Below are positions 1 to 13,400 of a stretch of DNA of 64,000 nucleotides, one piece after another; within the stretch, counting starts at the first letter, position 1; every line of letters starts with the position of its first letter. Where the stretch lies: assembly GCF_009914755.1 (NCBI RefSeq), contig NC_060928.1; one strand, given 5' to 3'. A program made the position numbers and the translations under genes. This DNA is from the human T2T-CHM13v2.0 reference genome, Homo sapiens. A model generated the notes under the pieces. That model made no database searches. It saw only the letters and a program-made list of their open reading frames with translations, and was not told where the DNA came from.

Positions 1-251
1 AGCTGGCAGCTCTGTGTCGCTAGGCTTCGGCCCGGCCGCCGCCGCACATAAGCTGCGAGGAGGAGCTTTACGACTTCCCGGTCTTCGGGGCCGGGCGCAG
101 CAAGGGCCAGACTCTGCGCTAGCAGGCGCTGCGCGCCAACCGGCCGGCACCTGTCGCAGAAGGTGCAACCGATCGCACTGTCGCGCCGAAGCTCCTCAAT
201 GGCCAGCGCCAGCTGCAGCCCCGGCCGCCCACTCGCCTCACCTGAGCCTGG
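1..251 (+). other. Putative first exon of the septin-pseudogene transcript (non-septin sequence; 5' end undefined)
   Basis: Donor CTGG|GTACGT at 252 inside the CpG island. ATG at 199 opens MASASCSPGRPLASPEP, which does not resemble the SEPT7 N-terminus. Confidence 0.6.
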
Positions 252-400
252 GTACGTGCGCCCCACAACACCTCCCCCAGGCAGGGCCCGGGGACCCCCG
301 GGAGCGTCCCCGGCTACCTGGCGCCGCTCATCCTGGGTAGGGTTGGCCCCCTCTGAGGCTGCCCGGCATGAGGGAGCTGCACCCCTGAGCTTGACCTCTG
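1..400. promoter_or_regulatory. CpG island / promoter (continues off the left edge)
   Basis: Very GC-rich with many CpGs (e.g. cggccgccgccgc, gcgctgcgcgcc) against an AT-rich, CpG-depleted window. Lies directly upstream of the septin exons. Confidence 0.85.
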
Positions 401-497
401 ACGGCCCTTTGTAATAGCATTAAGTCTTTGAAACTTTGTAGCGGGGTAGAAGGGGCTAGGAAACGAAGAAAACATCTTTTTAAAAATATAAGCGGTC

Positions 498-795
498 GGC
501 TGGGCGAGGTGGCCCACGCCTGTAATCCCAGCACTTTGGGAGGTCGAGGCGGGTGGATCACGAGGACAGGAGTTCAAGACCAGCCTGGCCAGCATGGTTT
601 CACTGAAACCCCGTCTCTACTAAAAACACAAAAATTAGTCGGGCGTGGTGGCGGGTGCCTGTAATCCCAGCTACTCGGGAGGCTGAGGCAGAGAATTGTT
701 TGAACCCGGGATGCGGAGGTTGCAGTGAGCGGAGATCGCGCCACTGCACTCCAGCCTGGGCAACAGACCAAGACTCCGTCTAAACAAACAAATAT
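498..795 (+). mobile_element. AluS, near full length
   Basis: GGCTGGGCGAGGTGG start, A-rich linker, right arm, A-rich tail. Confidence 0.92.
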
Positions 796-804
796 ATGTG
801 TGTA

Positions 805-953
805 TATATATGCGATCGAGCCCGGGAGGTTGAGATTACAGTGAGCTGAGATTATATAAGCGATCAAGCACTGGAGGTTGAGGTTACAGTGAGCTGAGAT
901 TGCGCCATTGCACTCCAGCCCGTGTAACAGAGGGAGACTCTGTCTCTAAAAAA
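805..953 (+). mobile_element. Alu right-arm fragment with ~48-bp tandem duplication
   Basis: tatata(t/a)gcgatc...ggaggttgag(a/g)ttacagtgagctgagat occurs twice, followed by an Alu 3' end. Confidence 0.8.
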
Positions 954-1011
954 TTATATGCAAGTGAGCGCTTTTCTTCCAGCGCTCATGCTCAGACTGA
1001 AGAAAGTAATT

Positions 1012-2020
<1,009 letters not shown>

Positions 2021-3085
2021 ACATCATATGATCTGTACCAGGGTATAGGCAGGTGCTATGATCCCCACTTTTCATCCTCAACTCTAAGTTGAGTCATACA
2101 TCAACCTCTAGTAAAAAGTGGCATGCTCTCAGTCAAAGGGGTAAGCCCAAACCACGTGGAGAGAATCTTATCTCTTTTGAGAGCTAATATAAAAAGAATT
2201 CCTCCTAGGCATAAAAATATTGTGACATCAGTTACTTAGGCTAAACATGCCTATTATGCTAAGTGAGTTATTAACAATAAATACTTTAACTCTGTGCCAT
2301 GTTACTTATCATAATCTGATTTATAATTTGTTTTAACCTTAGGTTATATATACCTTGAAGCCATTTATATTTTGGTATACTTGTAATAATTACTATACAC
2401 TGGACTATGTATATTGGACTAAACACGGAGAGTCAAAAAAGAGTATGTGGTCAGAGTAGAAATCATGCCCTAGCTTCCTTCGTGTCTACCTCCTACCTTG
2501 AGTAGAAGTGGTAGAAAAAGTAATTACCTAAGATTTTTTGGATTCTGGTTTGTGGAGAAGCACCCTTATATTTAGGCTGATGGGCGGCAAAATTAGAAAG
2601 TATTTTTTGTGATTTAGACTTTTATACAGAGATGTTCATTGTGATTAATCTTTGTATTAGCAGATTTTTGCTTTTTATAGCTGCATGATTTCTTGTTTAT
2701 TATTCATTCATTATTGTCTATTAATAAAGAAAAACTTTATTTCACTGAAGCAGTGATATATCCAACTTGGATTTTTAAATAATGACTGACTTTTTTCTTT
2801 GGGAATACATTACTGTTAAAAATGTAATTATTAGATACATTACTTTTAATGAATATAAGTGGTATAATTAGAAGGCTGAAAAGAATCCTTGGAAACGTGA
2901 GTTTAATTTGATAGCTAAGAAACTGAGGACAAGATACTTATTCTTTGTAGCATATTTTCTAATGTCATTTCATTGTCTCACCAAGAAATACTTGCATAAA
3001 GCAAGTTCAATTACAGCATCTGTTGAATATTTAAGGTTGGGTAAAGTGGGTGAGTTTAACAGATATTTTCCCTTATTTCTTTTAG

Positions 3086-3192
3086 GCGAATCTGGATTGG
3101 GAAAGTTGACATTAATCAACTCATTATTCCTCCCAGATTTGTATTCTCCAGAGTATCCGGGTCCTTCTCAGAGAATTAAAAAGCCTGTACAG
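3086..3192 (+). pseudogene. SEPT7-like exon A (G1/P-loop), 107 nt
   Basis: tttag|GCGAATCT...GTACAG|gtctag. Reads (G)[35 protein letters not shown] versus SEPT7 [36 protein letters not shown]. Confidence 0.95.
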
Positions 3193-3454
3193 GTCTAGAT
3201 ATTGGTATTTTTAATTGATGATAAGCTGGAATAATATTAATACACACAAAGCACGTGTTGTAACTTTTATTATGCTTCCTTAGAGGTAAGATGCAAATTT
3301 GCCCTCAGCCAGTGTAAGATGGTAAATATGACTTCATAAAATTAAAAAAACAGAAGAAGTACAGTTAATCGAATTATCTTGACTAGAACTTTCCAAATTT
3401 GTCCTAAGGATTCTCCTAGAGATGACACTGTGACATAGTAACCAATTCCCCTGG

Positions 3455-4262
3455 AGTTGTGCTATGTAGTATGATAGTCATTTGCCACATGTTTAAATCA
3501 ATTAAAATTAATTAAATTAAAATGCAATTTCTCATTTGCTCCAGATATATTTCAAGTGCTCAACAGCCATATGTGGCAAGTGGCTGCCATTTTGTGCAGC
3601 ACATATATGAAGATTTTCATCATTGTAGAAAATTGCATTGGACAGTGGAGAGAAAACATGATTCATAGAAAAACTATTGTTATTTAAATACAGTGTTCTA
3701 TATTAGTCAGTGGGATAATACCATATCATAGTTGAATGGCAATAGCAATTCTGTAAGACTCCCAAGCTATATGTGATCTAATTTACTGCTTCTCAGTCTT
3801 TGCTATGCATTCCAATCCTGGGTATCCTGTTAAATTTATTTCTTCTAGTAGTTCTGAGATGGGCTGCCTTTCTACATTTCTAACAAGATCCCAGGTGATG
3901 CTGATGCTGCTGGATGGTAGATCACACTTTATAAAGCAAGGGGCTAGACTCTAGATATGCACTTTTTATTAAATAGTACAGCAGCCTGTAGCCACATGTG
4001 GCTATTAATCTTTGAAATGTGGGTAGTCTGAATTGTGATGTTCTGCAAATATAAAATATGCCACAGATTTCTAAGACTGAGCATGGAAAAGAAAATCTCC
4101 GTAATTTTTTATATTGATCGTATACTGCAGTGATAATATTTTGGATGTATCGGGTTAAATAAAATTGACTGATTTCACCTTTTTCCTATTTTAAAAGTGG
4201 CTACTAAGAAAATTTTAAATTACTTACATGACCGACATGGTATTTTTATTTGGCAGCGCTGC
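3455..4262. mobile_element. Cluster of old hAT-Charlie MITE relics (MER3/MER33-like and MER5A-like)
   Basis: tagccacatgtggcta motifs. tttctaacaagatcccaggtgatgctgatgctgctgg at ~3877-3913 is MER5A-like. Confidence 0.6.
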
Positions 4263-5846
4263 TCTAAGCTGTTGATGAAAAATATTGTTGGTGAGCTCTG
4301 CTTAGGTAATATATAGGACACGAGCAGAGAGGAGGCACGTGAACAGTTCTGGCTGGAGTAGGCTTCATTGAGGCCATGATGCTTTTAGCTGGATTTGAAG
4401 AAGTGGTAGTGATCATCCCAGTGCACAGGATAGGAGGACAGTCTATATATTCTGAGCAGTAACTCATATATATCATACTGCAAGACCCCAAAGGAGTAAT
4501 TTTGTGAAGTAAATCTTATTTCTCCTTTTTAATGTTTCTATTTTAGGAATTTTTTTTTTTTTTTTTTTTTTTTTTAGTAACCTTCAGAGGGCTTGAGATT
4601 TCAAATTACCTGCAAAATTCTACTCTAAAAACTTGATCCTACATGCTTATTTATTTTGTGATAAATATTGGAAATTTTAAACCTAAGCAAGAAAATGAAC
4701 TTTGAACTTTCTTAATTTGGGTATCTATTATGAATACCTTCACTTAAGTATTTATGAATTTAGATATGAAAGGTAAAACTAACCACTGTCCAAATTAATA
4801 TACAGTTCATTTCCAGAACCCTAGTTTCTTCCATGTGCTCACTCGCATTCAGTATTACAACCCCCAAAGATAAACACCTTACTGACTGCCTTCTCCATAA
4901 ATTTGCCTGTTCTTGAACGTTATATACGTATACTTTTTTGTATCTGTTTTCTTTCAGTGAAGATTATGTCTGTATTATTTACTCATGTTGGGTGTAGTTG
5001 TTTTTTTCATCGTCGTATAATACTCCATTGTGTGAATGTATCAGTATATCCTTTATTATTTATTGTAGATAAGCCTTTGGGTTTTCAGTTTTTTACTAAC
5101 GGGAACATTCTTGTGCATGTCTTAGTAGACTTAGGCACTCATTGCTGTTGTGTGTGCATAAAGATATAAAGGTATTTGAGTTTATTTTATTTGATTTCTA
5201 GTGAGGTTGAACATGTCTTTTGTACTCAATAACTTCAGATTTCATTAAAGTCTTTTGGTAATCTTAATATTTTCTGTCATTTTCTTGCTGATTTATAGGA
5301 GCTTGAAAAATCACATTTGAGAAGAGGATTGGATCCTAGCCATAACATAAATATAAGGGTAATTACATCCATGCTGAGAAAGATTTAGGAATGATAGTAA
5401 GTTCATTTGAGTGAGTGGTTTGGGCCAAACTTGATAGAGAATAGTCTAGGAAGACATTTACTATAAACGGTAGATTAAATGTTCTTGCCTGATGAATTAC
5501 ATTTGAACTCTGAATGACTGAATCACTCAAACTGCTTATTTGTATTATTAAATGCACATTTAAGTTATGTATTACATGTCTTTAGTGGTGATCACTATTT
5601 TATCAGTTCCTCTGTCTTTCTTTATACCAAGTATGACTCATAAACCCAGTATTAATTTGCCAAGAGATTGGCATACTATTTGTATATATGCTTTTCTTTC
5701 AAATAATCTGGATTTCCAATGCCCACAATCATTGATCCTAAAGAAAATGTGGGAGTAGGTAAACTCAAACATCCCTACCATCACCCCTGGTAGGAAATCA
5801 CTGGTGTAATGTATGATATTAACATCTGCACCAATTACTGTTATAG

Positions 5847-5943
5847 GTGGAACCAAAGTTTTAATCAAAGAAGGTGGTGTTCAGTTGCTGCTTACAATAG
5901 TTGATACCCCAGGATTTGGAGATGCAGTGGATAACAGTAATTG
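5847..5943 (+). pseudogene. SEPT7-like exon B (G3 DTPG), 97 nt, frameshifted
   Basis: tatag|GTGGAACCAAAGTTTTAA...AATTG|gtaaga. The shifted frame gives [29 protein letters not shown]. The native frame reads VEPKF* (TAA 5862-5864), consistent with loss of 4 nt from VEQSK. Confidence 0.95.
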
Positions 5944-6832
5944 GTAAGAAGGATTTGTCCTCACAACTTTCCAGTGTATTTGGGGTATTGGGGTGGTTAA
6001 ACTTTCTCTTCTTAACATTTTAAAACTCTTCTTAGCAAAGGTCACCAAACTTCAAGTAACATGACAGGTTTGTATACCAACTTTGCCACTTATTTGACAA
6101 AGTTTAACTTCAAAGTTAAACAAAGAAGTTTAACTTCTTTGAACCCATTTACTTTTCGATAAAATGGAGATAATACCTATCATAAAATTGTTTTTAAGAC
6201 ATATTCCAAAATAACGTAGCTAGATAGAAGAATTCTCATTATTGTAAGAAATTTAAAACTGTTTGCTTTAATTTTATCCATTTGTATAAATTCTATCTCA
6301 ATCCTAATTTAAACCTGATATTTAGACCTTCAGTTTTTCCATAAGTCCTAAGTGAAGAAAACAACTATGAAATTTTAGTCTGAAGTAATTATCTTAGTAT
6401 TTTATAAATAACTTTTATTTTTGTTTGAATTCACATTGTTTTTGAGGTATTTTTCTGTCAACTCTTAAAACTCCTAAGTTCATCATGAAGTTTTTATATT
6501 ATTTAAAGTAATCTCTCATTTGAAATTTGAAACTGAATATAATTGTTTTCATATTATGAAGTGTGTTATTAATACACTTACTAGTGCCAATAATATGCTA
6601 ATAATTTCAGCAATAAATATTTTCTTTCATTTGGAAAGTTTTGAAATAATGAATAAAGATTTATTCAACATAATTTATATTTTTGAATCTTTATATAGAA
6701 TAACTTGACATATCTTCCCTTGGTAAATTCATTTTGCTTATTTGAAAATATTGATTATTGTCCTTTAACAGTCATCAGTTAATTCATATGTAGAATTGCA
6801 ACTTAATTGTTTTGTTTATTTGCATTCTATAG

Positions 6833-6967
6833 CTGGCAGCCTGTTATCAATTACATTGATATTAAATTTGAGGACTACCTAAATGCAGAATCGCGAGTGA
6901 ACAGATGTCAGATGCCTGGTAACAGGGTGCAGTGTTGTTTATACTTCATTGCTCCTTCAGGACATGG
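6833..6967 (+). pseudogene. SEPT7-like exon C, 135 nt
   Basis: ctatag|CTGGCAG...GGACATGG|gtcagt. Reads [44 protein letters not shown](G). Confidence 0.95.
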
Positions 6968-8104
6968 GTCAGTAACCTGATAGTTCTGATTCCTTTTTGT
7001 TGTTGTTGCTTACTGTTACCTTTATGTGCATATTTGAGTAATATTTAAGTTTGTGAAGTACATACAACTATACCCATTATTAAGTACCAAATTTCATGTA
7101 GAAATGTCTTAGTTGAAAAGCCTTTTTAAGTCCTGTGTAAGCTAACAGTGATTTTACTCCTTAGTTCTTATTCATAAGGATTTTCCCTGCTTCATGGAAA
7201 TAAACAGTGTTGCCACCATGGTTTGAGGTCTCAATGTGGCAAATTTAGCTTTCATGTTGAACTACCAAATAAAGAGAAGCAGCCAAACCAGTTAGACATA
7301 TTCAAAATAAATCCAAAGATGCTATTTATTATAAGTCTCATAAGAGATGGTTATCAAAAGCACTTGCATGCCAATGTTTTCTTGTGCCATTTCTTTCTGC
7401 AAGAAATCTGTTTGGCTTCTGTTTCACCTTAGCTGTCATAGACATGTCGTTTAAGTATCATATTGTCAGTACTAACCTTTTGTTTATTAGGACATAAGAC
7501 CTAAGAATCTAGACATTAATCTGATGTGATTGTTCTGTTTGTTATAGTTAGCCTGTACTCCCTTTTTTTGTTCTTTGTACTTCCCCTTTCATTTTGAGTA
7601 CATATATGTGTCATTTGTAACTGCAGATTTTTCCAATTATTCTTCCTCAGTCTTTTCCTTTGGGTAAGTAACTCAGCATACATAATTCAGCCACCTGGTA
7701 ATTGTAACGCCACCATCTCTCCACTAAAAGAACTGTAGTAGCATCAGGCTAAATAGCATTAAGTTATCTAACACATTACAGTAGAGTAAACCAATTCCTT
7801 CAGGTATACTTTTCTCTTCCATTTTTGGCTTCTCACTCTCTTTTTTTTGTTTGTTTTTATAGATGGGTCAATGCCCATTATCACTCTAGATGGATAAGGG
7901 AGCCTTAATTATATACTTATATTTTTGCACTGTCAGATTGGAGTGGGGTAAAAATGTTTCTTCTTTTATGTCTAATACTCTTTTTTTTTTTTTTTTTTGC
8001 TGTGCCGTAGACCATTACATAACTGAAGACTCCCACCTTCAGGCAGGATTGGGTAGTACGTGTTTGTAACTACCTGGCATTGCCTTTTGTTGAGGTAATT
8101 TCAG

Positions 8105-8520
8105 TTTTTATTATTATTAGTAGTAGTAGTATACTTTAAGTTCTACGGTATATCTTCACAATGTGCAGGTTTGTTACATATGTATACATGTGCCATGTTT
8201 GTTTGCTGCACCCATTAACTGGTCATTTACATTAGGTATTTCTCCTAATACTATCCCTCCTCCATCCCCCACCCCACGACAGGCCCTAGTGTATGATATT
8301 TCCCGCCCTGTGTCCAGGTGTTCTCATTGTTCAATTCCCACCTATGAGTGAGAAACACCTATGCGGTGTTTGGGTTTCTGTCCTTGCGATAGTTTGCTCA
8401 GAATGATGGTTTCCAGCTTCATCCATGTCCCTGCAAAGGACATGAACTCATCCTTTTTTATGGCTGCATAGTATTCCATGGTGTATATGTGCCACATTTT
8501 CTTAATCCAGTCTATCATTT
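8105..8520 (-). mobile_element. L1PA 3' end fragment
   Basis: tatactttaagttct...gtgcaggtttgttacatatgtatacatgtgccatg...tatgagtgagaa is the reverse complement of the L1PA 3' UTR. Confidence 0.92.
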
Positions 8521-9088
8521 TATGGTGTTCTCAGTTTACATATTTAAATCACTAAACTGACTATTTGACTTAAAAGGCTCAAAAAAAGTCATCTCAAAAA
8601 TACAACACACTGCATAACCTTTTATAAGTATTTGTGTAGCTTCTTGAATTTATATTTTTAAATCATTCTCATTTAACTTGTCAGGGCCTTTTCCTGAAAG
8701 CCAGCAGAGTGAAATCTTAACCTGCAGTTAAGCCAATAAAATTTGTCAGCTTATAACCAATTTTATTATTTTAGATTTTCTGGACTCTCTCCAACTATAG
8801 TAATTCTCATGAAATCACATTCCTGCCATCCCCTTGGGGAAAATTTTATTTCTTAAAATTGCATGGGAAATGAGAGCTTTTTTAAAAGAAAAAAATTTTT
8901 ATATTCAAATGAGATGTAGTGGCTTTGTGCCATTTCTTATTTGTCACAAGGGGTAAGATGTTTAAAATTGCTATATCTTATATATAAAAATGTACCTTTG
9001 AATAATTTCTCAGTTTAACTATTTTTAGAAATGGAGCAAAGTTTTGCCCATTGGTACATGATATTGTGGATTAAGTGAAAGAATATGA

Positions 9089-9380
<292 letters not shown>

Positions 9381-10565
9381 GAATATGACACAGAATTTTA
9401 TGTATAGAGTTCCAGGTACCCTGCTCACTACAGACTGAAATTCTGTGCAGTCTAACAAATGAATCAGAGCCTTTCCATCTTGTCTGGGTAGTCCCTAGAT
9501 TCCCTTTTTAGAGGGTTTTGTTTTTAGAGTGATTATAAATTCGTCCAACAGTGCACTTTCAGTGCCTTCTACCTCCCTCTACCAAGTATGAACTGCATGC
9601 ATGGCTGATTTATGATTTCGGCTATTATCGCTTCATGTGCGTTGTTCACTATTTTGTAACTGTTATTAAAGTAAAATACTGACTTGGAACATGAATTTTA
9701 AAATGGTGTTTTATCCTTCTAGTATTGATTCCCAGTTTTAGAAAAATTGGTGTCATCCAGTGAGTTTTATACAGAAGGATTTTTTCCCTTAGAAATATAT
9801 ACATACATACAAAAAAAATTTGTCATTTTCCCTGTAGTTGTTTATTATGCTGTAGAATTTGAGGCTAAATAGTCTTTTCTCTCTACTGTGGGTTTACCTT
9901 CTAGAAATGATAAAGGATTTTCTATTGCTAAAAAACAAGATTTAAAAACTAAATTTGTTGATGAAAAGACTAGCCAATATAAATCTAAATGGACAGAGGG
10001 AAAAAATTCACCCAGAATGTAATACACATGTGAACTAAATGTTTTCTGTTGCTGACGTTTTGTAGGCTTCTGAAATTTAATGAGACTTTTACAAGGTTTA
10101 CCTTTTTTCCTAAAGTTTAATTTTTAAACTGACTTAAATGTTTTTTGACCCTTTGGTTATATTTAAGAAGTTGACTTCTCTAATTTCCTTGTCATGTTTA
10201 TTTTTAAATATCTTTCTCTTTAAAAGTTGGGATACTATAATAAATATTCAGCAAGTATTTTGCATTTAAATATAAAATCTTGTTATTTGGATTTTAATAC
10301 TTTATATTAAATGCCTTTAAGATTTATTAAAATTTTAGATTAACTGAACTCTGCTTTTTTGTCACTGGATTAATAAGCAGGCTTGTATCTGACATAATAG
10401 CTTAATAAGGCAGTGACAATTTAAATTTGTCATGAGTATAAATTGAAAAATCATAATTTAGAAATCGGAGATTGAATATTTCATGGCATTTATATTTAGT
10501 GTTTTATATAATGATTAATGAAAAGAAGGAAAACTTAAATTTTTTTTCAAAGATGGATAGGTTCA

Positions 10566-11080
<515 letters not shown>

Positions 11081-12599
11081 CAAATATAAGGAAGAATATA
11101 ATCTGACTAAAGGATTGTCTTTAAATTTAAAAAACTTAGCCTTATGAAAACTTATTACATTGTCCTCATTTTGACATAGATCAGTAAAAAGTTCATTGAA
11201 GCCTGACATTTGCAGTCCGCTGGACCAGATGACCTTTAATGTTCTTTCTAAGATTCAATTGCTATGAATTTGGAACCTTGCTACAGGATACCCAGTATTC
11301 ATTTGTTTGTCTGTTATAGTGCATTGGAGTGTATTCTTATTTTTGTTTAATTAAATGTACATTGGGCATCTCTCATATCACAGGTGAATCTCCCCAGTGA
11401 TAGACAAAGACATTTAAAATATTTAGGAGTAATAATGGCCCACAAACGAGGTAATTGTGAAAGAAGACATGTGGATCAATGTGTGTTGAAGGAAGTGTTA
11501 CATATAGGGACAACTTTGAGGTACATTTGGGGACTTAAGAAGTGAATTCTGGAAATAGGTAGCATTTATGTAGTAGTTTAAAAAATATCTGATGCTGGGA
11601 AATCACTCCACCTACTCCCTGCAAAATGCCCCAAACCTTTTGTTTCTGATGTACATGGTAGGCATTCAGTAAGTTTAGTAAATGTACTTTTCTGAAGGTG
11701 ACTGTAAGTTTACTCATCTATGGCTGTTACGGATTTACACTAGTAGTGCTTATGAAGACCACTGAACTTCTTAAGATCAGGCAGAAGGTTTTTTCAAGGT
11801 GATCCAGAGAAGGAAATTCACTTTATGTTGCATTTCTGTAGTGTTCTACCAAATCCAAATGCATTTACTCTTTATGATGAGGTAGTTTGAGTTTTTAATT
11901 TATATTTATTGAGTGCCTACTATGGCCAGATTTTGGGGATATCTCAGAAAACAAAGTTCCTTTTCCTATGATTGAAACTAATAGCAAACAAATATGTAAT
12001 ATTGTTAGTAGTATTACAGTAAACAAAAATGAAGCAGGATAAAAGGGTAGAGAATAATAAGAATAATAATTCAGATAGGGTCAGGGTGTCTTTGACGAGG
12101 TGATATTTTAGCACAATCCAGAGGGGGAATAGCATTCCAGCTAGAGAGAATAGTAAGCACAAAGGCATTCTTGAATTCTTCCCCTGATGAGATAATTGCT
12201 GCAGTGAGTGGGTCCGTAACTTTTTGTGTGTTACGCACTGTACTTTCTTACATTTTGGACTATTGGCATTTGCTAAAATATTCCTTTGACCAGTTCCATT
12301 CTCTGATTTTACCTTGAAAAACAAGCCCCTGCTTTTTATGATAGCTCTTTTTCTTGTTTTCCTTCTCTGATTTTTAGGTTGCTAAATGTGATTTGCATAC
12401 TTTATCACTTAATCTCGCTTAGTCTTGTCAACAACCTTATAGTGGTAGGTGTCTTATTTATCAGATGAAGAAGTAGAGTTTAAGTTACTTTCTCAAGCTT
12501 ATCAAGTATTAGAAAAACTGGGATTCTAATCTCTCTGTTGTATCACTTTTTTCTGTCTTGCATGACTTCTCTTCTATCACTGTTTGTGGGCAGTATTTC

Positions 12600-13400
12600 C
12601 TCACGGAAGTAGGCCTTGGCCAGTTCTTTTCAATCAACTGTTAATCTCTGAGCTCTAGCTCCATCTATATCTTAAGTCTGGGCTCTAGGTCTGTGCTTTG
12701 GTGTGGAATTTTGAACTTCTCACATCTCTACTCTTAGCTCATGCCTCTAAACCCAATACATCCAAAACTGATGTTTGTTCACAAACTGACTTCATTTTAT
12801 AACATTTCCACTTATTCAATGGGATAACCATTCTTCTGGTCCCTGCTAACCAAAACACTGGAATAGTCTTTGATTTCTCTCTCTTTCTTCATCCTCCACA
12901 TCTTATCAGTTCCCAGGAACTGTGGTCTTGGTTTCAAGTGTCCATTCTGGTTGCTACTATTCTGATGAATGGATTTCATCACTTGATACCTGAACTTTTT
13001 CACTGGTCTTCTATTGAGCTCTATGTATTCTCTCCTCATCCTTCAGTCCCCACACTGTTTTAACCCTCCAACATCTTAGAGTCATGTGAAGTGACTTATC
13101 AAAACCAGAGACTCAGGCAGTCACAGCCCTTCATCATTTTATCTTATCCTATATATCCAAGATCATCATGTGCTTTTAAAACTCTCCCTTGTCCACAAGC
13201 CAGGATTCTCCAGCCTTTTCCTATGCTTCTCTTCTTCTCTCCCCGTTACAACAACTTGAAGTTCCTCCAAGGCCCCATTGGAGCCCCATCTCCTTCACCA
13301 AGTCTTTCCTCTTTACTCCAACTCATTCCAGCTCATCGTTGCATTCCTATGGTGTTTGCCACTGCACCTATGTACTGACTTGTGCCATTCCTTAGTGGTT
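12600..13400. mobile_element. L2 relic
   Basis: Pyrimidine-rich L2-type motifs (ccaaaacactggaatagtctttgatttctctctctttc; cttgatacctgaactttttcactggtct). Confidence 0.55.

Larger units (their letters stand above)
3086..6967 (+). pseudogene. SEPT7P14: Unprocessed partial SEPTIN7 pseudogene (three consecutive GTPase-domain exons, probably SEPT7 exons 4-6)
   Basis: Three AG/GT-bounded exons translate to SEPT7-like peptides with introns retained, a frameshift, and no upstream or downstream SEPT7 exons. The specific symbol rests on recalled adjacency to PDE5A. Confidence 0.85.

Noticed and set aside
1-10. agctggcagc matching 6831-6840
   Set aside because: A 10-bp match with no extension, consistent with chance.
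2908-3198. 96-aa ORF with a septin P-loop as a stand-alone protein
   Set aside because: The N-terminal part is intron read-through with a non-ATG start. Only 3086-3192 is septin exon.
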